Shown piece by piece: positions 35,854 through 45,237 of a DNA stretch of 49,316 nt (the first letter of the stretch is position 1; each line of letters begins with the position of its first letter). The notes under the pieces were generated by a model. The model saw only the letters and a program-made list of their open reading frames with translations, did no database searches and was not told where the DNA came from. This DNA is from a virus. Lineage: Duplodnaviria; Caudoviricetes. The position numbers were made by a program, and so were the translations under genes. Location of the stretch: positions 1-49,316 of the IMG/VR virus record IMGVR_UViG_3300032272_000020. One strand, given 5' to 3'.

Positions 35854-38067
35854 ATGATTCCTGTAGAACTAATAGGACTCAGGCAATGGGTATGCGCTGA
35901 TGTTAATAAGCGTCCAATTAATCCGCGTAATGGTAAATTGGCAAGCCCCACTGATTCTCGAACATGGGACAGCTATGAACAGTCAATGGCCTTTAGTGAA
36001 AAGAGCCAAGGTATGTTCCCCCATGTTGGTTTTGTCCTAACTGAAGATGACCCATATTGTATCATAGATCTTGATACTCCTAAGGACAGCGATCAGGAAG
36101 TTCGCCATAGTAAAATTATTCAGGCATTTGACAGCTATGCAGAGATAAGTCAGTCTGGTAAAGGTGTCCACATAATAACAAAAGGCAAGACACCAAAAGG
36201 ATTCAAAAAAGATAACGTCGAAATTTATTCATCTGAACGGTATATGATTACAACTGGTAACCCTCTCCATGAGCTGAAGCCAATAAATGAACACCAACCG
36301 CTTTTGAATAAACTGATTTCTGAAATGGATAGGATTCATAAAACTCAAGTTACGTTTATTGATTCATCCAATATTGATATATTTGACGTCGAAGATTTGC
36401 ATAATGAAATAATGAATGACCCATATGTGGTTAATGAATATGAATTACTATGCAAAGGTGATTGGGAAGGTAGGTTAAACTATCAAAGTCAATCAGACGC
36501 TGATTTTAATATGGCAATGATCATCTGTGAAAATACAGAGTCAGATGAATTAGGTAAAAGGTTATTCGAACTCAGCGGAATGTTTCGTGAAAGTAAACCA
36601 AGACCATACCTCAACTACACTTTTAGTCGGGCAAGGGATAAAGTAATTCCGAAACCTGAGATAGACTTCACAGCATTAAAGGATCAGATGCTGAAAGGTG
36701 ATACCAAACCAGAACCTAAACTGGCCCCTCAAAAGGCTTGTATTTTTCCTGCTGGATTAGTTGGGGAAGTAGCCGAGTATATTTATTCCGCTGCGATTAG
36801 ACCAGTTAGGGAAATGGCATTGGCGGCAGCGATTGGTATGATAGCAGGGATCAGCTCCCGTTCATATTCGATATCAGGTACTGGCTTAAATCAATACCTA
36901 GTATTATTAGGTGGAACAGGAACTGGTAAAGAAGGTATGTCAAGCGGTATTGACGCATTATATTATGCCATTGCAAAAGAGGTACCAACTGTTTATGGTT
37001 TCTCAGGTCCAGCAAGTTTCTCATCTGGTCAGGCTTTGATGAAACACATGGCAGAGCAGCCCTGCTTCTTAACAATCCTTGCAGAGTTTGGTCTTCTTAT
37101 GCAGACAATGAGTGGATCTAATACACCTGCTCACATGGTAATGTATCGCCAAGCGCTACTTAATCTGTATACTAAGTCTGGTCCGAAGGCTTCTGTAAAC
37201 CCATCAGTTTATGCAAAGAAAGAAGATAATTCTGAAATGGTTCAATCGCCTAATCTTAGCCTACTGGGTGAATCAACCCCTGAAGCTTTTTACCAAGCAT
37301 TATCAGAAGAGTTAATATCTGAAGGACTTATTCCCAGATTTCAAATTATTGAATATAGCGGGACTCGGGTGACGAAGAATGACAACGCTTTTCGATTACC
37401 ACCTCAAGGATTAGTCAAAAAACTAAGTGCCCTAGTAATGACCGCATGTCATACCGCAAATAATAAAACCTGCTGTTCCGTTGAGCAGGATGCAGATGCC
37501 GCCAAATTATTAGACCTATTTGACACCCACTCTGATACAATGATCAATGCTAAAGATAGTAATGAAGTTCATAAGCAGTTATGGAATAGGGCACACTTGA
37601 AAGCCCTTCGCCTAGCTGCTTTGGTTGCTGTGGGTAATAATCACCACAAACCTGTCATTGACCGAGGTGCTGCTGAATGGGCAATCACTATGGTCACCAC
37701 TGGAATTAATTTAGTAGAAAGTAAATTTACTAAAGGCGAAATAGGCCACGGTGCATCAAGACATGAAGCTGAGGTACGTAAGGTATTCCAAGCTTACTTT
37801 ACCACCAGTCATGAAACATTAGTGAATAGTTACAGTGTTCCAAAAAGATTACTAGGTGAACCTGTCGTCCCTTATACTTTTCTGCGGAGACGTTTGAAGT
37901 CTTTGGCTTCGTTCAAAAATGGTTTTAAGACACCACAAGATAATATCAAAGCAGCACTACAGGATATGTGTGAAAGTGATATAATAGTAGAAATTGATAA
38001 AAAGACGGCACTCTCTAAGTACGGAGTATCATCACCTATTTATGTAAAAGGGTCAGGTTGGCAGTAG
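35854..38067 (+). CDS. Primase-polymerase (AEP, NrS-1-like) fused to a DUF3987-like helicase/ATPase domain
   Basis: QWVC, GFVL, IIDLD, SYAEISQSGKGVH, EIYSSERY, SQSDAD; P-loop GGTGTGKE; EGLIPRF. Confidence 0.85.
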   Translation: MIPVELIGLRQWVCADVNKRPINPRNGKLASPTDSRTWDSYEQSMAFSEKSQGMFPHVGFVLTEDDPYCIIDLDTPKDSDQEVRHSKIIQAFDSYAEISQSGKGVHIITKGKTPKGFKKDNVEIYSSERYMITTGNPLHELKPINEHQPLLNKLISEMDRIHKTQVTFIDSSNIDIFDVEDLHNEIMNDPYVVNEYELLCKGDWEGRLNYQSQSDADFNMAMIICENTESDELGKRLFELSGMFRESKPRPYLNYTFSRARDKVIPKPEIDFTALKDQMLKGDTKPEPKLAPQKACIFPAGLVGEVAEYIYSAAIRPVREMALAAAIGMIAGISSRSYSISGTGLNQYLVLLGGTGTGKEGMSSGIDALYYAIAKEVPTVYGFSGPASFSSGQALMKHMAEQPCFLTILAEFGLLMQTMSGSNTPAHMVMYRQALLNLYTKSGPKASVNPSVYAKKEDNSEMVQSPNLSLLGESTPEAFYQALSEELISEGLIPRFQIIEYSGTRVTKNDNAFRLPPQGLVKKLSALVMTACHTANNKTCCSVEQDADAAKLLDLFDTHSDTMINAKDSNEVHKQLWNRAHLKALRLAALVAVGNNHHKPVIDRGAAEWAITMVTTGINLVESKFTKGEIGHGASRHEAEVRKVFQAYFTTSHETLVNSYSVPKRLLGEPVVPYTFLRRRLKSLASFKNGFKTPQDNIKAALQDMCESDIIVEIDKKTALSKYGVSSPIYVKGSGWQ

Positions 38068-38082
38068 TTCTTTTGCCAAGTC

Positions 38083-38096
38083 TGCATTATAATTAA
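38083..38096 (+). promoter_or_regulatory. Promoter -10 motif TGCATTATAATTAA
   Basis: Same 14-mer as at 29594, 29926 and 30806. Confidence 0.6.
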
Positions 38097-38119
38097 TTAA
38101 ATTAAATAGAGGAATAAAG

Positions 38120-38515
38120 ATGGAATTATCATTATTTGAAAAGATTAATTTGTGGGATCATACCGCAAAATCTATAGCAGAACTCAAAAAAGAAGAAATG
38201 AGACTTCGCAAAGAAATTATGGTCGAAGCCTTCCCAGAACCAAAACTTGGTGCTAACATATTTGAACTCAACCACGGGTACAAACTTAAAGGTACTCAAA
38301 AAGAATCAGTCAAGGTTGACCAAGCAAGTTTGGCCGCAATCACTGATAAGTTCCCAGAAGGGACGCTTGATATGGTTGTCAAGTATGAACCTAAATTAAT
38401 CGCTGCTGGGTATAAATTATTACCTCAGAAACTTAAAGATATTATCGAGGGTGCTTTGATTACCAAGCCCGCCTCACCATCGCTAGAACTTGTAGCCCCT
38501 AAGAAAGAGGCATAA
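38120..38515 (+). CDS. Conserved phage protein of the recombination module
   Basis: GAGGA RBS; EMRLRKEI...TKPASPSL; precedes the Sak4-like ATPase. Confidence 0.65.
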   Translation: MELSLFEKINLWDHTAKSIAELKKEEMRLRKEIMVEAFPEPKLGANIFELNHGYKLKGTQKESVKVDQASLAAITDKFPEGTLDMVVKYEPKLIAAGYKLLPQKLKDIIEGALITKPASPSLELVAPKKEA

Positions 38516-38517
38516 TC

Positions 38518-39204
38518 ATGGCAGTTAAATTTACTACCACAAAAGAGGCAGCTCATCTTAATGGTATAAAAACATTGGTATATGGCGACGCAGGTATGGG
38601 TAAAACCAAACTTTGCGCAACAGCACCTAGCCCTGTAATTATATCAGCAGAGTCAGGCTTACTCTCACTGGCAAAAGAAGAAATACCCGTAATTGAAATC
38701 AAGACAGTTGATGATCTCGTAGAGGCATATAATTGGTTTAATACCAGTAAGCATGCCAAAAAGTTTGAAACTATTTGTATTGATTCAATAACGGAGATCG
38801 GCGAAGTGGTATTGTCAAATGCCAAAAAGCAGGTCAAAGATCCTCGCCAAGCCTACGGCGAATTAATTGAAAAGATGATTACCACAATAAAGTCATTTCG
38901 CGACTTACAAGGCTTCAACGTCTATATGTCGGCTAAGCAGGAATACTTTAAAGATGAACTGAATGGAACATCTGGGTATCGTCCTTCAATGCCAGGATCT
39001 AAACTTGGGCAACAACTACCATACTTATTTGATGAAGTATTTTGTTTACGTATTGGGAAGACAACAGATGGTCACGAATACCGTTACCTCCAAACTCAAC
39101 CTGATATACAATACACAGCAAAAGACCGCTCTGGATCATTAGAGCAAATTGAACAACCTAACTTAACCAATATTTTTAATAAAATCCTTGAAGGGGTAAA
39201 ATAA
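38518..39204 (+). CDS. Sak4-like AAA_24 ATPase (single-strand annealing)
   Basis: LVYGDAGMGKT, SAESGLLS, CIDSITE, LPYLFDEV, AKDRSG. Confidence 0.88.
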   Translation: MAVKFTTTKEAAHLNGIKTLVYGDAGMGKTKLCATAPSPVIISAESGLLSLAKEEIPVIEIKTVDDLVEAYNWFNTSKHAKKFETICIDSITEIGEVVLSNAKKQVKDPRQAYGELIEKMITTIKSFRDLQGFNVYMSAKQEYFKDELNGTSGYRPSMPGSKLGQQLPYLFDEVFCLRIGKTTDGHEYRYLQTQPDIQYTAKDRSGSLEQIEQPNLTNIFNKILEGVK

Positions 39205-39205
39205 C

Positions 39206-39976
39206 ATGGCAGCATTAAATTTCAACGCAGCAGCAGTAGAACCATCAAGCGGCGACTTTACACCAGTTCCTGCAGGTTGGTATCCAGTTCAGATCACTGA
39301 ATCGGAAATGAAGCAGACTAAAGCCTGTGATGGCCATTATTTAGAAATGGTGGCAAAAGTAATAAATGGTGATGCTATGAACCGCCAATTCTATATTCGC
39401 CTGAATCTAGATAATAAAAATGAAGTAGCAGTCAGAATTGCCAATGAACAGTTGAGTGCAATTTGTCATGCAGTTAATGTTCTCCAATGCGAAACATCAG
39501 AGCAGCTTCATGGTATCCCATTTGATCTTAAAGTAGTTATCAAAGCTGCTGCAGATGGTTATGAGGCTTCCAACGAAGTTAAAGGTTTCCGAGCACTAGA
39601 AGGAGCAGCTCCTGCAGCGGGCGGACCGGCCAGCGGTGAACCATCTTGGGCTAATGGCAGTGATACAGCTGAGGCAACGAAACCTGCTCCTAAGGCAAAA
39701 CCAGCCCCTGCGGCAAAAGCAGCCAAGACACTTGAGATGATCGATACTGATTATACTTATGAAGAGTGGCAGGCTACTGGACGTAATGATCAAGAAATGG
39801 TTGATGAGGGTATTGCCAAGTGGGTTGAACTTGCACCAGCCAAGAAGGCTCCACCCGCAAAAAAGGCTGCACCAGCGAAGGCCCAATCCAATACCTCTGC
39901 TGCGGATGGTGGCACTATAGGGGAAATGCCTGCGGACGTTGCGGACTCGGACCTCCCACCTTGGATGCAAGAATAA
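39206..39976 (+). CDS. DUF669-family ssDNA-binding protein
   Basis: FTPVPAGWY, LNLDNKN, LSAICHAV, NEVKGF, Ala/Pro/Lys linker, PPW C-terminus. Confidence 0.85.
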   Translation: MAALNFNAAAVEPSSGDFTPVPAGWYPVQITESEMKQTKACDGHYLEMVAKVINGDAMNRQFYIRLNLDNKNEVAVRIANEQLSAICHAVNVLQCETSEQLHGIPFDLKVVIKAAADGYEASNEVKGFRALEGAAPAAGGPASGEPSWANGSDTAEATKPAPKAKPAPAAKAAKTLEMIDTDYTYEEWQATGRNDQEMVDEGIAKWVELAPAKKAPPAKKAAPAKAQSNTSAADGGTIGEMPADVADSDLPPWMQE

Positions 39977-40017
39977 CCCAGTATAATGATTATAATAAGA
40001 AAGTAGGTAACCCGTTT

Positions 40018-40050
40018 AGGTGGGTGGAGTAACATCCCCCACCTTTTTTT
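40018..40050 (+). terminator. Intrinsic terminator
   Basis: AGGTGGG(T)GGA-GTAACA-TCCCCCACCT followed by a T run. Confidence 0.7.
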
Positions 40051-40214
40051 ATAATCGCATTGTCTGTGAAATGTTTTTAAATTTGGGTACTACTAGGTGA
40101 AAAGATTCACAGAGGACACGATCTAAGTGATTGATTTTAAAGGGTTTTTTAACTCATGAATTCAATGGTATTTATAACAATCTATAACTCGTTGGTTTAT
40201 AAAGGAAAAATGAT

Positions 40215-41225
40215 ATGAGGTTAGCCACAATAACAAAAGAACGAATCGAGCAAAGTATCGAGGATGATCAGGGCACCGCTTATCGGGCTTCCTTAGAAAA
40301 GATATTACCAAAGATAGAAGATGCGTATCGGGCTTCATCAGATGGTTTTCGTTCTCACCTTGGTGCTTCATTGATTGGAAGAAGTTGTTCATTCGATTTG
40401 TGGCTAGGTTTCAGATGGGTACAAAAAGCCCATTTTCCAGAAAGGGTACTTCGTCTATTTAATAGGGGGCATCTAGAGGAGGCTCATTTCATTGCAATGT
40501 TGGAGTCTGCAAAGATCCCATGTTGGTACGAAACAGATGAAGGTGGGCAATTCAGATTATCAGATCATGGTGGGCATTTTGGCTCGGCCCTTGATTCAGT
40601 TGTTAAGGTTCCAGAATTAGAAGGTGAAGCCGCCTATGGGGAATTCAAAACTCATAATGATAAGAGCTTCAAGAAGGTGGTTAAAGAAGGTGTTCAGAAT
40701 AGTAAGTATGAGCACTATGTTCAGATGCAGGTTTGCATGGACAAAATGAAGCTAAAGTTCGGGGTATACTTCGCGGTCAATAAAAACGATGACCATATCC
40801 ATATTGAGATTATCACATTCGATAAAAGCATATCGACTAGATATATTGGCAGGGCTGGTAACCTAATCTTTGGTAATGAAGCCCCACCCAGAATCAGCAA
40901 TAAAGCATCATGGTATGAATGTAAATTCTGTGATCGGGCTGGCATATGTCATGGCAAAGAAGTCCCATTAATTAATTGTCGCACTTGTGTCTATTCAAAG
41001 GCTATGCCTGATGGTACTTGGGCTTGTAAAAAGTTTGGTTACCCATTGATGAAAGCAGCTCAAGAGAAGGGATGCGATAAGCATATTTTCAATCCACATT
41101 TAATGCAATCAGTGGATCTAATTAGCAGTAATCTTGAGGAGAATTACCTTGAACTGAAACTCAAAGATGGTAGAATAATTAAACAAGGTCCAAATCATAT
41201 TACTAGTAAGGAGTTAGAATTATGA
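40215..41225 (+). CDS. Cas4-like PD-(D/E)XK exonuclease
   Basis: RSHLGASLIG..C, GEFKT, HYVQMQ, ECKFC...C, NCRTC. Confidence 0.85.
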   Translation: MRLATITKERIEQSIEDDQGTAYRASLEKILPKIEDAYRASSDGFRSHLGASLIGRSCSFDLWLGFRWVQKAHFPERVLRLFNRGHLEEAHFIAMLESAKIPCWYETDEGGQFRLSDHGGHFGSALDSVVKVPELEGEAAYGEFKTHNDKSFKKVVKEGVQNSKYEHYVQMQVCMDKMKLKFGVYFAVNKNDDHIHIEIITFDKSISTRYIGRAGNLIFGNEAPPRISNKASWYECKFCDRAGICHGKEVPLINCRTCVYSKAMPDGTWACKKFGYPLMKAAQEKGCDKHIFNPHLMQSVDLISSNLEENYLELKLKDGRIIKQGPNHITSKELEL

Positions 41226-41368
41226 ACAGGCGTTGCATGGATGGTCCATTTAAAGGATCATGGTTATATCTAGAAACTTCGAGCACCATGTGGATTAAGA
41301 TTAATGGCATAGTTGGTAAGTATGCTAACATGGTGAATAACACACATTTATATTGGGTGACAAAATGA
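41222..41368 (+). CDS. 48-aa hypothetical protein
   Basis: Hand translation MNRRCMDGPFKG...; AAGGAG RBS; ATGA overlaps at both ends. Confidence 0.55.
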   Translation: MNRRCMDGPFKGSWLYLETSSTMWIKINGIVGKYANMVNNTHLYWVTK

Positions 41369-41553
41369 AGAATGCACATCTACCGGCAGGAACTTATAAA
41401 GTATTAGGAACTATAGTTGTAACCGAAGACGAGGAAGGTATTTATACTTCATCGAATCTTAAAGTGGTGAAGGGTATTCACAAAGGAACCCATCTCATAG
41501 TTCAAGATCAGTTTACCAAGCCAGTTTTAGAAACAGAACAGGTCGATGGCTAA
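41365..41553 (+). CDS. Hypothetical protein
   Basis: Start MKNAHL, coupled to the upstream stop. Confidence 0.55.
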   Translation: MKNAHLPAGTYKVLGTIVVTEDEEGIYTSSNLKVVKGIHKGTHLIVQDQFTKPVLETEQVDG

Positions 41554-41878
41554 CATTAGTCACCTTACCCAGAAGCAGAATGATGCTACGGCGGTTACGC
41601 AACTAGCAGTCGAAGCTTGCACAGCTCTAAAAGAGTATGAACCGTACATCTTTGCCGCTAGCATCAAAACCTGTTCTATCTATATTAAGTTCAGGGTAAC
41701 TGGTCTAACCACATTACGAATCAGCAATCACACTTCTTCGCGATATGCCTACAAGTGGAATCTCAGAGTAGGTAATTTCAAAGATAAGATTGGTAAGAAG
41801 CAGGGCAAGGTCCAGTACCATGCCAATGCTAAAAATAAGAAACAATTCTTCAAGTTTATGCTTGACTCAGCTAAGTAA
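41546..41878 (+). CDS. Hypothetical basic protein
   Basis: SIYIK...LRISNH motif of small phage proteins. Confidence 0.6.
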   Translation: MANISHLTQKQNDATAVTQLAVEACTALKEYEPYIFAASIKTCSIYIKFRVTGLTTLRISNHTSSRYAYKWNLRVGNFKDKIGKKQGKVQYHANAKNKKQFFKFMLDSAK

Positions 41879-41896
41879 CACTAGGTCTAAATAATA

Positions 41897-43558
41897 ATGA
41901 TGATACCTCGCTATTACCAGAATGATGCCGTCTTCTCAATTTGGGATTATTTCAAACAAGGGAATAAAGGTAATCCAATTGTGGCCATGCCAACTGGTAC
42001 TGGTAAAAGTTTAGTTATTGCTTCCTTTATAAAATCGGTACACCACTACTATCCTAACCAACGCATTTTAAAACTAACCCATGTAAAAGAATTAATCGAA
42101 CAGAACTTTGAAAAGCTGATTGACATCTGGCCAACAGCTCCTGCAGGTATCTTCTCAGCTGGGTTGAAACGTAAAGACTTCAATTGCGCTATCACTTATG
42201 CAGGGATCGGATCCATTGCTAAGCATGTTTCTAAGTTTGGTCATATAGATATAATAGTAGTAGATGAATGCCATTTAATTAGCCCAAAGCAAACCACCCA
42301 ATATGGTAAGTTCATTATCGAACTAAAAAAGTTAAACCCTCATCTAAAGGTTATTGGCTTAACTGCTACTCCGTTTAGACTTGGTCAGGGGATGCTAACA
42401 GAACAGCCTTCTTTATTTACGGATATTTGTTTTGACCTTACCGAAATGAGTGCCTTCAATAAGCTCGTGGCTGAGGGGTATTTGGCCTTACTAGTACCCA
42501 AGCCTACAAGTACTACAATAAATTTGGACGGGGTTGGTAAGCGCGGTGGCGAATATATAGAAAAGGATGTGCAGGCTGCTTCCGATAGGGAAGAGATTAC
42601 TTATGGCGCTCTTCAAGAAACCATGCAGGTAGCATCAGATCGCGACCATTGGTTAATATTCGCAACAGGTATTGATCATGCCGAGCATATCCAAGAAGCC
42701 CTTTGTAGTATGCAAATCGAGTGTGGGATTGTCCATAGCAGGATGCCTAATAAAGAAAGGGATCAGCAAATCCACCTATTCAAAATCGGGTACTATCGGG
42801 CTCTAGTTAATGTTGGTGTTTTGACTACTGGGTTTGATTTTCCTGAAATAGATCTGATCGTTATGCTCCGCCCAACTAGTTCGCCTGGCCTATGGGTTCA
42901 GATGCTGGGTAGGGGAACTCGACCTTTATACGCAGATGGTTTTAATTTAACCACAATACAAGGTCGACTCGACGCCATCGCAGCAAGTGATAAACAGAAT
43001 TGTCTTGTCCTAGACTTCGCTGGAAATACTGCTAGGCTCGGGCCAATTAATGATCCTGTAATACCAAAGAAGAAAGGCAAAGGTGGTGGCGATGCACCAG
43101 TTCGTATTTGTGATAACTGTCATACCTATATCCATGCCTCACTTAGAGAGTGCCCTCATTGTGGTCATATATTTCCAATCAGCGTTAAGTTTAGAACAAC
43201 AGCTGGTACCTCAGAACTTATGGCTACTTCTAAAGTAAAGGAACCTGAGATCCATGACTTCAAAGTAGATAAAGTGGTCTATGCCAAACATGTTAAAAAG
43301 GATAAACCTGACGCAGTCAAGGCCACTTACTATTGTGGGATCAGAATGTTTACCGCTTGGGTATGTTTGTTCCATGGTGGGTTCGCTAGGAAGAAGGCTC
43401 TTGATTGGTGGTATGAAGCCCACCCAGAAGGAAGGAATTGTGAACGTCCTGAAGACATCGATGAAGCACTCGATTCTGTAATGGGATTAAACACTGCCCA
43501 TACTATTACCGTTAGAACTGACCAAAAATACCCTGAAATATTAAACTATAAATATTAA
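41897..43558 (+). CDS. Superfamily 2 helicase (RadD/YejH-like) with C-terminal Zn finger
   Basis: PRYYQ, PTGTGKS, DECH, TATPFR, LTTGFD, QMLGRGTR, CDNC...CPHC. Confidence 0.93.
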   Translation: MMIPRYYQNDAVFSIWDYFKQGNKGNPIVAMPTGTGKSLVIASFIKSVHHYYPNQRILKLTHVKELIEQNFEKLIDIWPTAPAGIFSAGLKRKDFNCAITYAGIGSIAKHVSKFGHIDIIVVDECHLISPKQTTQYGKFIIELKKLNPHLKVIGLTATPFRLGQGMLTEQPSLFTDICFDLTEMSAFNKLVAEGYLALLVPKPTSTTINLDGVGKRGGEYIEKDVQAASDREEITYGALQETMQVASDRDHWLIFATGIDHAEHIQEALCSMQIECGIVHSRMPNKERDQQIHLFKIGYYRALVNVGVLTTGFDFPEIDLIVMLRPTSSPGLWVQMLGRGTRPLYADGFNLTTIQGRLDAIAASDKQNCLVLDFAGNTARLGPINDPVIPKKKGKGGGDAPVRICDNCHTYIHASLRECPHCGHIFPISVKFRTTAGTSELMATSKVKEPEIHDFKVDKVVYAKHVKKDKPDAVKATYYCGIRMFTAWVCLFHGGFARKKALDWWYEAHPEGRNCERPEDIDEALDSVMGLNTAHTITVRTDQKYPEILNYKY

Positions 43559-43577
43559 TCTTTTTCGATTATATCTG

Positions 43578-43610
43578 TTGCTTACTTATCCTGCATGCCC
43601 TATAATTAAT
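43578..43610 (+). promoter_or_regulatory. Sigma70-like promoter
   Basis: TTGCTT-17 bp-TATAAT followed by TAAT. Confidence 0.75.
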
Positions 43611-43662
43611 TAACAGTTAGGAGATAACCTTTTAACTTAAACAAAACACCGGAGCAGGTATC

Positions 43663-44046
43663 ATGAAAACATTTAAAGCAAAATCTTCAGTAAAGCGCGC
43701 AATAGTTAAGTCACTTGGTTTAGAAGCATTCGAAGCAGGGTATGTTGAAAAGTTGGTAAACGGTGAGTTCACTTTTATCCCAGCACCAGTAATTGAAGAT
43801 GCAGAAGTAATCGAAAAGAACATGGTTGATATCACTATTAATCAATCAACGATTGGAAAGCCTTGTAACCTAGTTTGGGAATTGGCAATCGAAATGAACG
43901 CCAGAGCTGAAGCAGCATCAGAACCTAAGCCAGCTCGTAAAGATGTTATCAACGCCGCAGTTGCTCAGGGCGTGGCTTACAATACAGCACGCACTCAATA
44001 CCAAGCTTGGCATAAAGCAAGCAAATCAGAAAGCAACGAAGACTAA
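43663..44046 (+). CDS. Early protein with VW...TA.TQY..W domain (paralog 1)
   Basis: LVWELA...RKDVI...GVAYNTARTQYQAW. Confidence 0.7.
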   Translation: MKTFKAKSSVKRAIVKSLGLEAFEAGYVEKLVNGEFTFIPAPVIEDAEVIEKNMVDITINQSTIGKPCNLVWELAIEMNARAEAASEPKPARKDVINAAVAQGVAYNTARTQYQAWHKASKSESNED

Positions 44047-44054
44047 TTATTAAT

Positions 44055-44070
44055 AGGGGCGCAAGCCCCT
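44055..44070 (+). other. GNRA-capped hairpin between paralogs
   Basis: AGGGGC-GCAA-GCCCCT with no U tract. Confidence 0.55.
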
Positions 44071-44085
44071 CACTAGGAGCAGATC

Positions 44086-44643
44086 ATGGGACATTCAGTT
44101 TTAATCGATACAGAATCAATGGCAATTGTTGGATCATCAAAACAAAAAGATTCAGCAAAGTGTTTGGCAATTCTTGCAGATATTAATAAGGTACCAGACA
44201 GCTATGTGATCGTAGGTCCTGAGGAAAAATGGTTTGCTTCATTCAGTACAGAAGAACTACTTAAAATGTATACCAGTATGACAGGTGATGAAATCAAAAG
44301 GGTTCACCGCCCAACAGTATTAAACAGATGCATGATGTTTGCAGAACGATTTGAAGTTGATGAGAGAACTTCAGGCCAACTTATAGCCGCACTTGGACGA
44401 CCTTTTACTACTAGTAAACTCCCTGCTCCGGAAAAAGGTGGTAGTAGAAGCAAGAAAGAGGGCGGCTATACTCGACCAAAAGAAGGTACAGCAACTGGGC
44501 GTGTATGGGATATATGTGATGAACAGATGAAGCTAAATGATCAGATCCCAGATAAGCAGCTGATCCTAGACCTATGTACGGCTGAGGGTATGAATCCGTC
44601 AACAGCGGGTACTCAGTTCGGGAAATGGAAATCCACCCAGTAG
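44086..44643 (+). CDS. Early protein with VW...TA.TQF..W domain (paralog 2)
   Basis: RPKEGTATGRVWDICD...GMNPSTAGTQFGKW. Confidence 0.7.
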   Translation: MGHSVLIDTESMAIVGSSKQKDSAKCLAILADINKVPDSYVIVGPEEKWFASFSTEELLKMYTSMTGDEIKRVHRPTVLNRCMMFAERFEVDERTSGQLIAALGRPFTTSKLPAPEKGGSRSKKEGGYTRPKEGTATGRVWDICDEQMKLNDQIPDKQLILDLCTAEGMNPSTAGTQFGKWKSTQ

Positions 44644-44677
44644 GATCAATAAAACTTAAATATGATCAACATAGTTA

Positions 44678-44706
44678 TTGACCTAATCAAGCGATGATTA
44701 GATAAT
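44678..44706 (+). promoter_or_regulatory. Sigma70-like promoter
   Basis: TTGACC-17 bp-GATAAT. Confidence 0.65.
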
Positions 44707-44768
44707 AACTATCCTAACAAAGTTTAGTAATAACACTTAATTTTAACCATAACAGAAGAGAGAATATT

Positions 44769-45134
44769 ATGACCGATAAGACAGCAGCTCCAGCAAAAGC
44801 ACCTAAAGCAGAACGTGTCACCATGAATGGTGTAGTTCGTCCTTCAGCAGGTACAGCAACTGGTAACGTATGGACACATGCAGATAGCATCTCAGGTACA
44901 GAAAAGCGTCCTGCAACCCGCGCTGAAGTATTAGCAGCTTGCGCAGCAGATGGCATCAATCCTTCCACAGCAGCAACTCAGTACGGGCGCTGGTGTAAAT
45001 TCAATGGTGTAGTTAAGCCTAAGAAAGAAGCCAAGCCAAAAGCTGAAAAGAAAGAAGCTAAACCAAAAGCGGCTCCAGCCAAAGAAGCTCCAGTAGCAGG
45101 GGCTTCTGACGACGACGATGCCTTCGAAGAATAA
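44769..45134 (+). CDS. Early protein with VW...TA.TQY..W domain and Lys/Ala/Pro plus acidic tail (paralog 3)
   Basis: RPSAGTATGNVWTHAD...GINPSTAATQYGRW; KKEAKPKA twice; DDDDAFEE. Confidence 0.7.
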   Translation: MTDKTAAPAKAPKAERVTMNGVVRPSAGTATGNVWTHADSISGTEKRPATRAEVLAACAADGINPSTAATQYGRWCKFNGVVKPKKEAKPKAEKKEAKPKAAPAKEAPVAGASDDDDAFEE

Positions 45135-45153
45135 TCTCTGATCATTGATCAAG

Positions 45154-45180
45154 AAAAGGGACTATATTTGTCCCTTTTTT
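45154..45180 (+). terminator. Intrinsic terminator
   Basis: AAAAGGGAC-TATATTT-GTCCCTTTTTT. Confidence 0.75.
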
Positions 45181-45237
45181 ATTTTAATTCACACCAAAAT
45201 TTGTTATAATCATTAAGGTAATTTCAGGAGATACCCA

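Noticed and set aside
40215-41225. CRISPR-Cas function of the Cas4-like gene
   Set aside because: No array or other cas genes; it lies in the usual Sak4-SSB-nuclease-helicase recombination module.
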